The notes: generated by a model from the sequence alone, not told the origin. 31,945 bases of DNA from a virus (IMGVR_UViG_3300030202_000362:1-31945), one strand, 5' to 3'; positions 5,280 through 14,739 are shown, numbered from the stretch's first letter. Numbers and translations: made by a program.

Positions 5280-7736
5280 ATGGCGATTGAACAGAATCCT
5301 TTCTTAGAAATGGAAGAAGTAAAAGAATTAAGAAGAGAGTCTCCTTCTTTAAATCTAGTAGAGGACACAGAAGAGGAAGAGTCGGTACAGTTTAGTCCCA
5401 CCGAGGACGGTGGTGTAGAGGTAGAGTTTGGTGATATGGAAGCTATATCCATGATGGGTATGGAACAAGACCACTACGCAAACTTAGCAGAAGAGATAGA
5501 CGAAGATGACTTGATGGACATTTCTCACACAGTCATCGACGGGTACGAGACAGATAAAGAATCCAGAGAAGAATGGGAACAAATCTTTGAGCACGGGTTT
5601 GACCTTCTTGGTCTAAAGCTACAAGATACAACAGAGCCATTCGACGGTGCGTGCACAGCAGTTCATCCACTCTTGATAGAATCAGCGGTTAAGTTTCAGA
5701 GCAGAGCATCTCAAGAACTCTTTCCCCCTGCTGGTCCTGTCAGAGCACAGGTGATAGGAGCAAACACAGTTCCCAGAGAACAACAGGCACAGCGCGTAAA
5801 ACAATTTATGAACTACCAACTGACGCAGCAGATGCCAGAATACTTTGACGAGTTTGAGCGTATGCTTTTCCACCTGCCCTTGGTAGGCTCTGCGTTTAAA
5901 AAGATTTACTTTGACGAGATCCTCCAGAGACCTGTCTCAGAGTTTGTCCCGGTTGATCATTTCTATGTGTCCTACTACGCCACTGATCTCAGAACAGCGG
6001 AGCGGTACACACACCTGATCTATCGCTCTCCCAACGATTTTAAGAAAGATGTTGTCTCTGGAATGTACAGGGACGCAGACGTAGGAGAACCGGAAGCACC
6101 AGATACAACGTCCATGGGACAGAAGATAGACAACATCATGGGCATAGCTGCCACAGCAGAGGAAGATCCTCAGTACGTTCTTCTAGAGCAGCACTGTTAC
6201 CTAGACCTGCCAGAACCTTACGCAGACCCTGACGGGATAGCCCGACCTTACGTTGTCACGGTTGATGTACATTCTAAAAAAGTTCTGTGTATCAAACGTA
6301 ACTATAAAGAGAACGATCCTATCAAGGAAAGGATACTACACTTTACACACTACAGGTACGTTCCGGGTTTTGCTTTCTATGGTCTAGGCTTGATCCACTT
6401 CCTAGGTAACCTGACCATGACAGCAACAACTGCCATGCGTTCTTTGGTAGACGCTGGCCAGTTTGCCAACCTACCCGGAGGGTTCAAGGCCAGAGGTGTA
6501 AGGCTTGTAGGCGACAATGACCCCATATCTCCCGGTGAGTTTAAGGAGGTGGAGAGCACAGGCATTGATCTGACCAAGGCAATCGTCCCGCTCCCTTACA
6601 AGGAACCGTCTGGCACACTGCTCCAGATGCTCCAGTTTGTTGTAGGAGCAGGTCAGAAGTTTGCAGATTCCACAGAGCAGGTGATAGCAGACTCTGCTAA
6701 CTATGGCCCAGTGGGAACGACTATGGCACTCCTAGACGCATCGTCTAAGTTTTCCACTGCCATACACAAAAGAATGCACAAAGCTCAGAGAGAAGAGTTT
6801 GACATTCTAGCCAGAATTAACTATGACTTCCTCCCCGACGATTACCCGTATGAAGTTGTAGGTGGAGATCAGAAAGTATTTAAACAGGACTTTGACGGGA
6901 GAGTTGATATCGTTCCTGTATCTGATCCTAATATCCCGTCCTCTGCTCACAGACTGGCACTGGGTCAAATGGCTATTCAACTTGCTAGCCAAACACCTCC
7001 CGGTACGTTTAATATGCCAGCCCTGTACAGAGAAGTCCTCTCCGCTGCAAACTTTCCTAACCTAGACGAGATACTACCACCGGAACAAAAGCCAGAACCA
7101 AGAGACCCTCTGGCAGATATCCTGGCAGCGTCCAAAGGACAACCCATTGCAGCTTTTCCAGGGCAGAACCACGATGCACATATTCAGTTTAAAACTGCTT
7201 TCCTAAAAGACCCAGGTAACGGTGCTAATCCAATGATGCAGCAGATTGTTCCTATAATCAACGCCAACATCAGAGACCACATGCTTATGAAGTACCAAGA
7301 ACAGATAGGCGGCATGGTCACTGGAGTTGCTGATGATCCTCAGACAAGTGAGATGGTGATGTCACAAGCAGCAGAAGCAGTGGCCAACGCCAACGCTGCA
7401 CTAGGTATTGCCCAGAGTCCAGAGCAACAGATGATGAACATTGAGCAACAGAGACTACAGCTTGATCAACAGAAAATGCAAATGGACGCGCTAGAGAAAG
7501 CAGCTGATCTAGAAGTCAGGAGCAAAGAACACGAAAGCTCTGATAAGAAAGTTCAGCTAGATGCTCTGATTGATATCAGTAAGCTTTCCTTAGAATCTGA
7601 TCGAGATGCCAACAAAGCTCTGGAAGCAGCTGCTAAACTCTCAATCGAGTCTGAGAAAGCTGGCGGTGACAAAGAACTTAAAAGAAATAAAACTGCTCTA
7701 GATACTTTGGTTAATATGGCAAAGCTGGAGAAGTAA
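5280..7736 (+). CDS. portal protein (P22-like, long C-terminal helical barrel)
   Basis: 818 aa directly after TerL; SREEWE, HPLLIESAV, GSAFKKIY, GFYGLG, DAGQFANLPGG motifs; coiled-coil C-terminus. Confidence 0.9.
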   Translation: MAIEQNPFLEMEEVKELRRESPSLNLVEDTEEEESVQFSPTEDGGVEVEFGDMEAISMMGMEQDHYANLAEEIDEDDLMDISHTVIDGYETDKESREEWEQIFEHGFDLLGLKLQDTTEPFDGACTAVHPLLIESAVKFQSRASQELFPPAGPVRAQVIGANTVPREQQAQRVKQFMNYQLTQQMPEYFDEFERMLFHLPLVGSAFKKIYFDEILQRPVSEFVPVDHFYVSYYATDLRTAERYTHLIYRSPNDFKKDVVSGMYRDADVGEPEAPDTTSMGQKIDNIMGIAATAEEDPQYVLLEQHCYLDLPEPYADPDGIARPYVVTVDVHSKKVLCIKRNYKENDPIKERILHFTHYRYVPGFAFYGLGLIHFLGNLTMTATTAMRSLVDAGQFANLPGGFKARGVRLVGDNDPISPGEFKEVESTGIDLTKAIVPLPYKEPSGTLLQMLQFVVGAGQKFADSTEQVIADSANYGPVGTTMALLDASSKFSTAIHKRMHKAQREEFDILARINYDFLPDDYPYEVVGGDQKVFKQDFDGRVDIVPVSDPNIPSSAHRLALGQMAIQLASQTPPGTFNMPALYREVLSAANFPNLDEILPPEQKPEPRDPLADILAASKGQPIAAFPGQNHDAHIQFKTAFLKDPGNGANPMMQQIVPIINANIRDHMLMKYQEQIGGMVTGVADDPQTSEMVMSQAAEAVANANAALGIAQSPEQQMMNIEQQRLQLDQQKMQMDALEKAADLEVRSKEHESSDKKVQLDALIDISKLSLESDRDANKALEAAAKLSIESEKAGGDKELKRNKTALDTLVNMAKLEK

Positions 7737-7738
7737 GT

Positions 7739-8176
7739 GTGACTTTAGAAGAACGGATTAAAAAACATGAAGGATATATGGTCGAACCCTATACTGACAC
7801 GCTTGGGTTTCTTACAGGAGGTTATGGACATAAAATCCTTGAAGGAGAAGAAGTTCCCACAGATCAAGAAGGTTGGGAAAAACTTTTTCAAGAGGATCTG
7901 GAAAAAGCTAGAGATGGAGCGGCTAGACTAATAGAAAAAAATAAGATAGAAAATTTACCTTGTGAAGCCCATGAGATTATAATAGAAATGGTATATCAAA
8001 TGGGAGAGAAAGGAGTTTCTAAGTTTAAGAAAATGTTTAAAGCTCTACGACAAGAACCTAAAGACTACGGAGAAGCAGCAGATCAGATGATGGATTCACG
8101 GTGGGCAGAGCAAACCTACTCAAGAGCACGTAGTCTTTCCGATAGCATGAGAAAAGTACAGCGCCATGCCACTTAA
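7739..8176 (+). CDS. T4-lysozyme-like muramidase (GH24)
   Basis: IKKHEG...YTDTLGFLTGGYGH (E-x8-D-x5-T catalytic triad), MMDSRWAEQT..RA. Confidence 0.85.
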   Translation: MTLEERIKKHEGYMVEPYTDTLGFLTGGYGHKILEGEEVPTDQEGWEKLFQEDLEKARDGAARLIEKNKIENLPCEAHEIIIEMVYQMGEKGVSKFKKMFKALRQEPKDYGEAADQMMDSRWAEQTYSRARSLSDSMRKVQRHAT

Positions 8177-8330
8177 ACCAGGGAAGTCGCCTAAGACAAT
8201 CTCAGACAATATTAAGAAGCTACGAGAAGAAGGCTACTCTCAGAAGCAAGCTGTGGCCATTGCTATGTCTACTTCTAAGAAACCAAAGTATCCCTCCAAG
8301 AAAAGAAAAAGGTTAGCACGTAAAAAGTAG
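8166..8330 (+). CDS. 54-aa basic protein (MPLKPGKSPKTISDNIKKLREEGYSQKQAVAIAMS...)
   Basis: Read by hand; MPLKxGxS...QKQAVAIA is a recurrent small phage protein motif; not in the ORF track. Confidence 0.8.
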   Translation: MPLKPGKSPKTISDNIKKLREEGYSQKQAVAIAMSTSKKPKYPSKKRKRLARKK

Positions 8331-8332
8331 TC

Positions 8333-8530
8333 ATGGATATCTTTGATGAGATACGACAAGTTTTTAAAGAGGAAGAAGATACCTTAAAAGATTTCCTTGC
8401 GAAGGGTCACGTAGAGGACTATAACCATTATAGGCAAGTAGTAGGAACGCTTACAGGAATAGAGTGGTCTTACTCAAAGTTAACTGATATTGTAAATAGA
8501 AGAATGGAGCGAGATAACGACGATGATTAA
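8333..8530 (+). CDS. hypothetical protein preceding GroES
   Basis: 65 aa, DYNHYRQVVGTLTGI helix; coupled to the next gene. Confidence 0.7.
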   Translation: MDIFDEIRQVFKEEEDTLKDFLAKGHVEDYNHYRQVVGTLTGIEWSYSKLTDIVNRRMERDNDDD

Positions 8531-8939
8531 TCCTTCACTTGGCGGGGCAATTGCTAACGATGCGTGGATTACAGAGAATGGTATACCGGACCCAGAAGTT
8601 CTTCCAGACCTTCCCGGTTATCATGTGCTTATCAGACCAACCTCTATCAAGGAAAAAACAAAGGGAGGTATTCTTTTACCAGAGAGAGCACGGGACGACA
8701 TTGCTTATCTCACCACGGTTGGCAGAGTTCTTAAAGTAGGTACCCTGGCTTACGAAGATAAAGATAAGTTCCTTGCAGGAGCTTGGTGTAGAGAGGGTGA
8801 TTACGTTTGTTACCAGAAACTTTCAGGTACCAAGTTTGTTTATAAAGGTGTAAAGCTTCTCCTTCTCTTTGACGATCAGATCCTAATGAGAATCAGTGAC
8901 CCAGAAGATCTAGACACTACCCTTGTATTAGGTAATTAA
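8523..8939 (+). CDS. groES: GroES-like co-chaperonin
   Basis: LPGYHVLIRP, mobile loop EKTKGGILLP, GRVLKVG, EGDYV, LLFDDQIL. Confidence 0.85.
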   Translation: MINPSLGGAIANDAWITENGIPDPEVLPDLPGYHVLIRPTSIKEKTKGGILLPERARDDIAYLTTVGRVLKVGTLAYEDKDKFLAGAWCREGDYVCYQKLSGTKFVYKGVKLLLLFDDQILMRISDPEDLDTTLVLGN

Positions 8940-8999
8940 ATATGTTACTAATTAAATTATGCGTAATCTTAGTCCTCGCAAACTATGGAGCTAATAAAA

Positions 9000-9992
9000 A
9001 TGTCTGAAGAACAAGCAGTAGAAGCAAAAGAAAATGTAGCCGAAGAACTCACCGATTGGAACGAGATTGATGTTTCATCTACTCCTACCAAAGAAAAAGT
9101 AGAGTTTGAAGTAGAAGGTGAAGAAGAGCAAGCAGCGCCTGTAGAAGCAGGAGCACCTGATAAAGATGTTCCAGAGTTAGAAGGAATAGAAACAAAAGGT
9201 GCTGAGAAGCGTATACGACAGCTTGTTCAACAGAAAAAAGAACAGGCTAATCTTCTTGCCCAAGCTGAACAAGAAAAGCAAGATCTTTTAAGACAGCTCA
9301 ATCAGCGAGATAAATATACTGTAGAGAGTAGTAAGTCTAACACAGAGACTAGCGAGAAGCTTCTACAGAAACAAATTGAGATGGCTAAGAAAGCATACCT
9401 TGACGCTTATGACCTAGGCGAAAAGGAGAAGATGCTAGAAGCACAAGAAGTAATGAACAAAGGTCAAGTAGACCTTTCAACATTAAGTCAGCAGCGACAG
9501 GCTATTGAACAGTACGAGGCGCAGCTGGCGCAGAGAGAACAGGTACAGGCACAACAACCGCAAGTCCAACAGCAACAGCAGCAAGCACAACAGTACGATG
9601 AACTTGCAGTTGAATGGAGTCAAAAGCCTGAAAATTCTTGGTTCAACCAAGACCAGATTATGACAGTGGCAGCACTTACAATTGATGCAACACTGAAACA
9701 AGAAGGTTATGATTCTTCTAGTCCAGAGTTTTACCAAGAGGTAGACCGGAGAATGAAGACAGAGTTTCCGCACAAATTTAGCGGAGAGAAGAGTGCAGCG
9801 GTAGGATCACAGCCTACACAACAGGTGGTTGCAGGACAGTCGCGCAGTTCTACCACCGGAAGTAAAGGTAAGGTTAAGCTTACTCAAGAAGACGTAAGAC
9901 TAGCTCAGAAGTGGAATATTCCTCTTGAGAAATATGCCGCTGAGAAGGCACGGGCAGATCGTGCAGCTGGTGAATATGTTCCAATTGCTTAA
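9000..9992 (+). CDS. probable capsid scaffolding protein
   Basis: Acidic N-terminus, long coiled coil, Gln-rich tract, C-terminal VKLTQEDVRLAQKWNIPLEKYA; upstream of MCP; GGAG RBS favours ATG 9000 over 8985. Confidence 0.7.
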   Translation: MSEEQAVEAKENVAEELTDWNEIDVSSTPTKEKVEFEVEGEEEQAAPVEAGAPDKDVPELEGIETKGAEKRIRQLVQQKKEQANLLAQAEQEKQDLLRQLNQRDKYTVESSKSNTETSEKLLQKQIEMAKKAYLDAYDLGEKEKMLEAQEVMNKGQVDLSTLSQQRQAIEQYEAQLAQREQVQAQQPQVQQQQQQAQQYDELAVEWSQKPENSWFNQDQIMTVAALTIDATLKQEGYDSSSPEFYQEVDRRMKTEFPHKFSGEKSAAVGSQPTQQVVAGQSRSSTTGSKGKVKLTQEDVRLAQKWNIPLEKYAAEKARADRAAGEYVPIA

Positions 9993-10031
9993 CCACATTG
10001 CGCGTAACAAAAAAAGAAGGAGCGTTTAAAG

Positions 10032-10514
10032 ATGAGTAAAACAAGTAGTAGAGCAACTAGCACAAGGGAAACTGCAACTAAAGAGTACACATACCAAGAA
10101 CCTAATTTCTTAGATGTTCCCGACCCTGTTGTAGACAGATTCGCCAATGAAGACATGGTTCTCCGTTGGATACGCATCTCCCTCAAAGGTGATGATGACT
10201 ACAAGAACGTAGGTAACAAAATGACTCAAGGTTGGGTATTTGTAACTCCTGAAGAAGTTCCTGAGATGTTACACTCTTCAACTGTTTTAGACACGGGACG
10301 CTATACCGATTGTGTTGTACGGGGGGATGTCGCTCTAGCCAAAATGCCCCGTGGAAAGTCAGTCGCCAGAAATGATTATTACGAAGGTAAAGCAAACGAC
10401 TTGATGGATGCTGTAAATCAGCAACTGATGTCTGCTTCTACCTCGAAAATGCCCATTTCAAATAATAGCACTTCAACTGTAACCAAGGGTAGAATGCCAC
10501 AGTTTCAGGCTTAA
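10032..10514 (+). CDS. head-module hypothetical protein
   Basis: LRWIR...GWVFV...GDVALAKMP; AAGGAG RBS; between scaffold and capsid genes. Confidence 0.75.
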   Translation: MSKTSSRATSTRETATKEYTYQEPNFLDVPDPVVDRFANEDMVLRWIRISLKGDDDYKNVGNKMTQGWVFVTPEEVPEMLHSSTVLDTGRYTDCVVRGDVALAKMPRGKSVARNDYYEGKANDLMDAVNQQLMSASTSKMPISNNSTSTVTKGRMPQFQA

Positions 10515-10559
10515 AACGCCTACCACTTATTCTACTCATCTTTAAAAGGAGAATGTAGT

Positions 10560-11150
10560 ATGACTACTACGAAAGCCCTAAACGGTTTCACTCCTTCGCG
10601 TAGATACTCTGCTGGTGCTAACACACTGCAGACAAGAAACTATCGGATTGCATCTGGCGCTGCGTCAAACATCTTCACGGGTGATTTGGTACACCTAAAC
10701 TTAGGTACAGTCTCAGTAATCGGTCTGACCAATGGGGATGAAGTTCCTATTGGAGTTTTCATGGGTTGCTACTTTGAAGCAGACGGCGTGCCGACGTTTA
10801 GTAAACATTGGCCAGCTAACACTTCTGCTAGCAATGCCTACGCGATTGTTTGTGATGATCCGCAAGCTACTTTTGAACTACAAGCTGATGCTAGCTGCAC
10901 GGTTGGTGATATCATGCAGACTAACTTTGAAGTAACCGCTGGTGCAGGTTCTACCTTCACTGGTCGTTCTGGCATGGGTCTAGAGGTTGCTACCAGAACT
11001 TCTGGTACAGCAGCTTTGGTACGCATCATCGACTTTATCGATACCCCTGGTAACGACATTGACGTTTCAGCAGAGCGTGCCTTCCCAATCTGCGAAGTTC
11101 AACTTATCCAACACCAGTTGACTCGCGTGTCTTCTGGTAACCCAACCTAA
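10560..11150 (+). CDS. probable capsid decoration/minor capsid protein
   Basis: IFTGDLV, GVFMGC, DDPQATFELQ beta-rich motifs; directly upstream of MCP. Confidence 0.65.
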   Translation: MTTTKALNGFTPSRRYSAGANTLQTRNYRIASGAASNIFTGDLVHLNLGTVSVIGLTNGDEVPIGVFMGCYFEADGVPTFSKHWPANTSASNAYAIVCDDPQATFELQADASCTVGDIMQTNFEVTAGAGSTFTGRSGMGLEVATRTSGTAALVRIIDFIDTPGNDIDVSAERAFPICEVQLIQHQLTRVSSGNPT

Positions 11151-11169
11151 CCCGAAAGGAGCTTAGACA

Positions 11170-12087
11170 ATGGCTGCTATAAACAGAGCTAGTATTGCCA
11201 AGCAGCTTCTACCGGGACTTAATGCTGTCTTTGGCATTGAGTATGGAGAAGTTGCTGATGAATACAGTGTTCTTTATGAAGTAGAGAACTCTGACCGTGC
11301 ATTTGAAGAAGAGGTTCTCTTCACTGGATTTGGCGAGGCACCTGTCAAGGGTGAGGGCGCTGCTGTTCAGTATGACGATGCACAAGAAAGCTTCACAGCC
11401 AGATATACGGCTGAAACCATAGCACTTGCCTTCTCAGTTACGGAAGAGGCAATGGAAGACAATCTCTATGACACGTTTGCCAAGCTGCGTGCCAGAGGGC
11501 TTGCTCGTTCCATGGCAAGTACAAAGCAGACTAAAGCTGCTCAGACGTTCAACCAAGGCTTTAATGTTGCGATCACTGGTGGCGACGGACAACCAATGTT
11601 CAGTGCCAGTCATCCAACGGTTGGCGATGGGAACCAGAGCAACTTGATTGGATCAGCTGGAACGGTTGATCTTTCAGAAGCTGCTTTGGAAACTGCTTTG
11701 ATCAGTATTCAGACGTTGAAAGACGATAGAGGCATTCTGGTCGGTGGTGGTGCGGTATCCCTGCACGTTGCACCGAGCAACCAGTTCACGGCAGACCGTG
11801 TGCTGAATAGCCCTTATCAACCTAACACGGCTGATAACAACATCAACGCCATTAACCACCAGGGTATGATCCCGCAAGGTTATTCGGTGAATAAGCGTTT
11901 CAGTGACCCGGATGCGTTCTTTATCAAAACCGATGTTCCTAACGGAGCAAAGATGTTTGTAAGAGCGCCTCTTGCCACGAAGATGGAGCCTGACTTCGAC
12001 ACGGGTAACCTCCGTTTCAAAGCCAGAGAACGCTACAGCTTCGGTTGGTCTGACTGGAGAGGTTACTTCGGTTCTCAAGGAGCCTAA
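11170..12087 (+). CDS. major capsid protein (Mu gpT-like, HK97 fold)
   Basis: LLPGLNAVFGIEY, SDRAFEEEV, TEEAMEDNLYD, GGDGQPMFSASHP, DFDTGNLRFKARERYSFGWSDWRG; followed by a terminator. Confidence 0.9.
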   Translation: MAAINRASIAKQLLPGLNAVFGIEYGEVADEYSVLYEVENSDRAFEEEVLFTGFGEAPVKGEGAAVQYDDAQESFTARYTAETIALAFSVTEEAMEDNLYDTFAKLRARGLARSMASTKQTKAAQTFNQGFNVAITGGDGQPMFSASHPTVGDGNQSNLIGSAGTVDLSEAALETALISIQTLKDDRGILVGGGAVSLHVAPSNQFTADRVLNSPYQPNTADNNINAINHQGMIPQGYSVNKRFSDPDAFFIKTDVPNGAKMFVRAPLATKMEPDFDTGNLRFKARERYSFGWSDWRGYFGSQGA

Positions 12088-12096
12088 GTATTTTAT

Positions 12097-12138
12097 AGTG
12101 GAGGGGCTGAAATACGCCTCTCCACTTCTTTTTTCTTT
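12097..12138 (+). terminator. intrinsic terminator after MCP
   Basis: AGTGGAGGGGC / GCCTCTCCACT stem followed by TCTTTTTTCTTT. Confidence 0.85.
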
Positions 12139-12189
12139 AACATACTTGAATGGCACTTCGGGTGCTGGTCTAGGAAAGGACTGTTCATT

Positions 12190-12903
12190 ATGGCTACACA
12201 TTTCCCCCACGGTATTTCTAACAGGACAAAGGGTCATCCTCTTTTTAATTATCCTTATATGGACCCTACGAAATTTTACACCTACTTTGATGACTGCTTT
12301 GAGTTTCATGCTGGTATCTACACAATCACCACTGTTGAACTTGGCACAGGAAGTGCCACAGAGGCGATCACAGATGGTGAAGGCGGTCAACTCCTAATCA
12401 CCAATGCTGCCGGAGATAATGATCTAGATTTCCTTCAGCTAAAAGGTGAGTCTTTTAAATGGAACGCTTCTAAGAGGATGTTCTTTACGGCTAAATTTAA
12501 GACCAATGATGTTACTCAAACTGACATTGTAATGGGTCTTCAAGTCACAGACGCATCCCCACTTGATGTTGATGACGGTATCTACTTCCTCAAACTTGAC
12601 GGTGATAACACACCTGATTTTATTGTGGAGAAAGATAACGATTCTTCACTGAGTGTAGTTCAGATGGATGCAATGGTAGATGATACGTTTGTCACCCTCT
12701 CCTTTGAGTATGATCCTTTGGACGTTGCCACAGGTGGTTCTGTCTTTAGAGTTTATCAGGATGATGTACAAGTTGGTGAAGTTACCAGCACCACAAATGC
12801 ACCTGATGATCAGGAACTCACGCTCTCCTTCGGTATTCAAAATGGTGAAGCAGTGGCTAAAACCTTAACCATTGACTTTATTCTTGCAGCGGTGGAAAGA
12901 TAA
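12190..12903 (+). CDS. beta-rich acidic virion protein (lectin/jelly-roll-like, putative)
   Basis: 237 aa, MATHFPHG N-terminus, YFDDCF, C-terminal LTIDFILAAVER; directly after MCP. Confidence 0.65.
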   Translation: MATHFPHGISNRTKGHPLFNYPYMDPTKFYTYFDDCFEFHAGIYTITTVELGTGSATEAITDGEGGQLLITNAAGDNDLDFLQLKGESFKWNASKRMFFTAKFKTNDVTQTDIVMGLQVTDASPLDVDDGIYFLKLDGDNTPDFIVEKDNDSSLSVVQMDAMVDDTFVTLSFEYDPLDVATGGSVFRVYQDDVQVGEVTSTTNAPDDQELTLSFGIQNGEAVAKTLTIDFILAAVER

Positions 12904-12941
12904 GCCGCCACCTTGGAAAGATAACAGCTTTGATTTATAAT

Positions 12942-12977
12942 AGGGGAGGATCAGGAGAAGGTTCTCCCCTTTCTTTT
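12942..12977 (+). terminator. terminator-like hairpin overlapping a TTGGAA-N17-TATAAT promoter (12913-12941)
   Basis: AGGGGAGGATC / GGTTCTCCCCT stem plus TTCTTTT. Confidence 0.55.
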
Positions 12978-12990
12978 AGGAGAAGAATAA

Positions 12991-13290
12991 ATGACAACCA
13001 ATATTAGACTGGCTCAAGTAGCTGGAGGCGGTGAAGGTAACGGGGTTCTAGTAGACGTGATTAGTAGTGTAACTGTTGCTGATACTCGTATTAGACAGTA
13101 CTTCTATGCTGTATCTACTGTTGCTTCCATTACCATGAGTGATTCAAAAGGTATTAAAATTAGACACTTTGCAATTACTGCCAATGACTCAGATAGTGTT
13201 TATATGCAAGACTTGGGTATACGGTGTGAAGGAACAGTCTCTGTTACTGGGTTAAGTGATGCTGGCCGTTTCTTTGTTTACTATGGCTAA
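12991..13290 (+). CDS. hypothetical virion-module protein
   Basis: 99 aa, AGGAG RBS, beta-rich, ends FFVYYG. Confidence 0.75.
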   Translation: MTTNIRLAQVAGGGEGNGVLVDVISSVTVADTRIRQYFYAVSTVASITMSDSKGIKIRHFAITANDSDSVYMQDLGIRCEGTVSVTGLSDAGRFFVYYG

Positions 13291-13295
13291 CCCAG

Positions 13296-13949
13296 ATGGA
13301 CTTTAACTCTCTTGTCAGCGCAATTGTAGAGACCACTGAGAATGATGGCTCAGAGTTTCTAGGTGCTCTTCCTAATATGATACAGAGAGCACAGGATAAG
13401 ATGATGAATGATCTTGATGATCAAGGTCTTGTCGCTTATGCCAGTGTCGCCGTGTCTTCCGGTACTGCAGAAGTATCTGTACCTACTGGTGGAGAGATTA
13501 TTAAAACTTTTACCATAGAAGTTAGTGGTGCCAGAACTCAATTGAAACACAGACCTTATGAGTATCTTTTAGATTATTGGCCAGTTTCGGCTTCGACAGC
13601 TACACCCAGATACTATGGATTTAAAACAAACACAGAGATTCGGGTAGCCCCTACACCTTCTGGTACAATAGATTCTCAGATAGGGTTCATTGCACAGATA
13701 ACAACAATTACCTCTGCAAGTCCTACTAATTACTTTACCACTCACTGCGAAAACGCCCTGTTCTTTGCCACCATGATAGAGGCTTCTCTCTTTATGAAAA
13801 GCTTTAACACGACTCAGGCATGGCAACAGGAATACGCAGGTGAGATAGAACGGTTAAGAAACAGAGCCAGAAGAAGCAGACAAGACGATATGCAGACAAA
13901 CTTTAGTCCTGCTGGAGGACCTAATACACTGGTTAAAGGGAGCGATTAA
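13296..13949 (+). CDS. head-tail adaptor / tail tubular protein A-like
   Basis: N-terminal helical pair, TPRYYG...IRVAPTP, TNYFTTHCENALFFATMIEA. Confidence 0.65.
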   Translation: MDFNSLVSAIVETTENDGSEFLGALPNMIQRAQDKMMNDLDDQGLVAYASVAVSSGTAEVSVPTGGEIIKTFTIEVSGARTQLKHRPYEYLLDYWPVSASTATPRYYGFKTNTEIRVAPTPSGTIDSQIGFIAQITTITSASPTNYFTTHCENALFFATMIEASLFMKSFNTTQAWQQEYAGEIERLRNRARRSRQDDMQTNFSPAGGPNTLVKGSD

Positions 13950-13951
13950 TT

Positions 13952-14107
13952 ATGGCAAAGAAAGCAAAGAAGAAAACATCCGAGCAGTTCTATCCTATTC
14001 CTGATAAGAACCCACCCACTGCTACAAAAAGATTAGCAGAGATCAACGGTAAACCAACAGGCCAAGGTTTTGGCGCAGCAAGAAAGGGACCTAGCGTTGT
14101 CGGATAA
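13952..14107 (+). CDS. 51-aa basic protein (MAKKAKKKTSEQ...GQGFGAARKGPSVVG)
   Basis: Read by hand; GGGAG RBS; not in the ORF track. Confidence 0.7.
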   Translation: MAKKAKKKTSEQFYPIPDKNPPTATKRLAEINGKPTGQGFGAARKGPSVVG

Positions 14108-14213
14108 AAATTGTCAAAATCCTCAGTGCAGCTGTACTGGTTGCGAGGATTGTTCTTGTTCTGAACCTTGTAATACGGAGACTTGTGATTGTAGAAATGT
14201 TACAGAAGAGTGA
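14097..14213 (+). CDS. 38-aa metallothionein-like peptide, 9 Cys
   Basis: MSDKNCQNPQCSCTGCEDCSCSEPCNTETCDCRNVTEE; TTG start 7 nt after AAGGGA; stop overlaps next start (GTGA). Confidence 0.7.
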   Translation: MSDKNCQNPQCSCTGCEDCSCSEPCNTETCDCRNVTEE

Positions 14214-14503
14214 GTACTCCCCCCATGGACATGAATTTTATGCAAGCGATTTCAGATTATGGTCTAGCAATTGTTGGTTGCGTTGGGGCTGGCGTTGCTG
14301 CGTGGAAACTCTTACACTTTTTACTAAAAGATGTTATCATTAGCCTAAAGAAACAAGATTCAATTATCATAGATTTAATTGATAAGACTGCTAGGCTAGA
14401 GATTATAATTCAAAGAATGGATTCAAAGTTAGATACCCTGTTACAGAAACGCTCTAGTCCTTTGCTTAAAGGAGACAGAGACAAATCAGAGGATACTTAC
14501 TAA
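14210..14503 (+). CDS. membrane protein with coiled coil (holin-like candidate)
   Basis: TM segment YGLAIVGCVGAGVAAWKLL followed by a heptad region. Confidence 0.55.
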   Translation: MSTPPMDMNFMQAISDYGLAIVGCVGAGVAAWKLLHFLLKDVIISLKKQDSIIIDLIDKTARLEIIIQRMDSKLDTLLQKRSSPLLKGDRDKSEDTY

Positions 14504-14739
14504 TGACTAATAAACCTTCTCAAGCTGATGTTAATGATGCAATAGCTGTTTATCGGGATAAAACTACTAATCCTAAAGAAAAAAAAGCAATGAATAAAAT
14601 TCTTAAAAATGCTTCTTCTGTACAGATTGACAAAGCTGAAAACTTTTTAAACAAAGCTGAAAAAGGAATGAAGAAGGGTGGTCCTATCAAGTACGCTGTA
14701 GGTGGTCCTACTAAACCAGCGTGGATGAGAAATAGATAA
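14503..14739 (+). CDS. small basic protein with tandem xxGG motif
   Basis: C-terminal MKKGGPIKYAVGG; TAATG coupling. Confidence 0.7.
   Translation: MTNKPSQADVNDAIAVYRDKTTNPKEKKAMNKILKNASSVQIDKAENFLNKAEKGMKKGGPIKYAVGGPTKPAWMRNR

Noticed and set aside
9541-9593. Poly-Gln CAA/CAG tract in scaffold (also ~29932-29949)
   Set aside because: Mixed codons; ordinary low-complexity linker
11674-12390. 238-aa antisense ORF and 141-aa alternative-frame ORF 11972-12397
   Set aside because: Overlap MCP, its terminator and the next gene; no recognisable motifs; shadow ORFs
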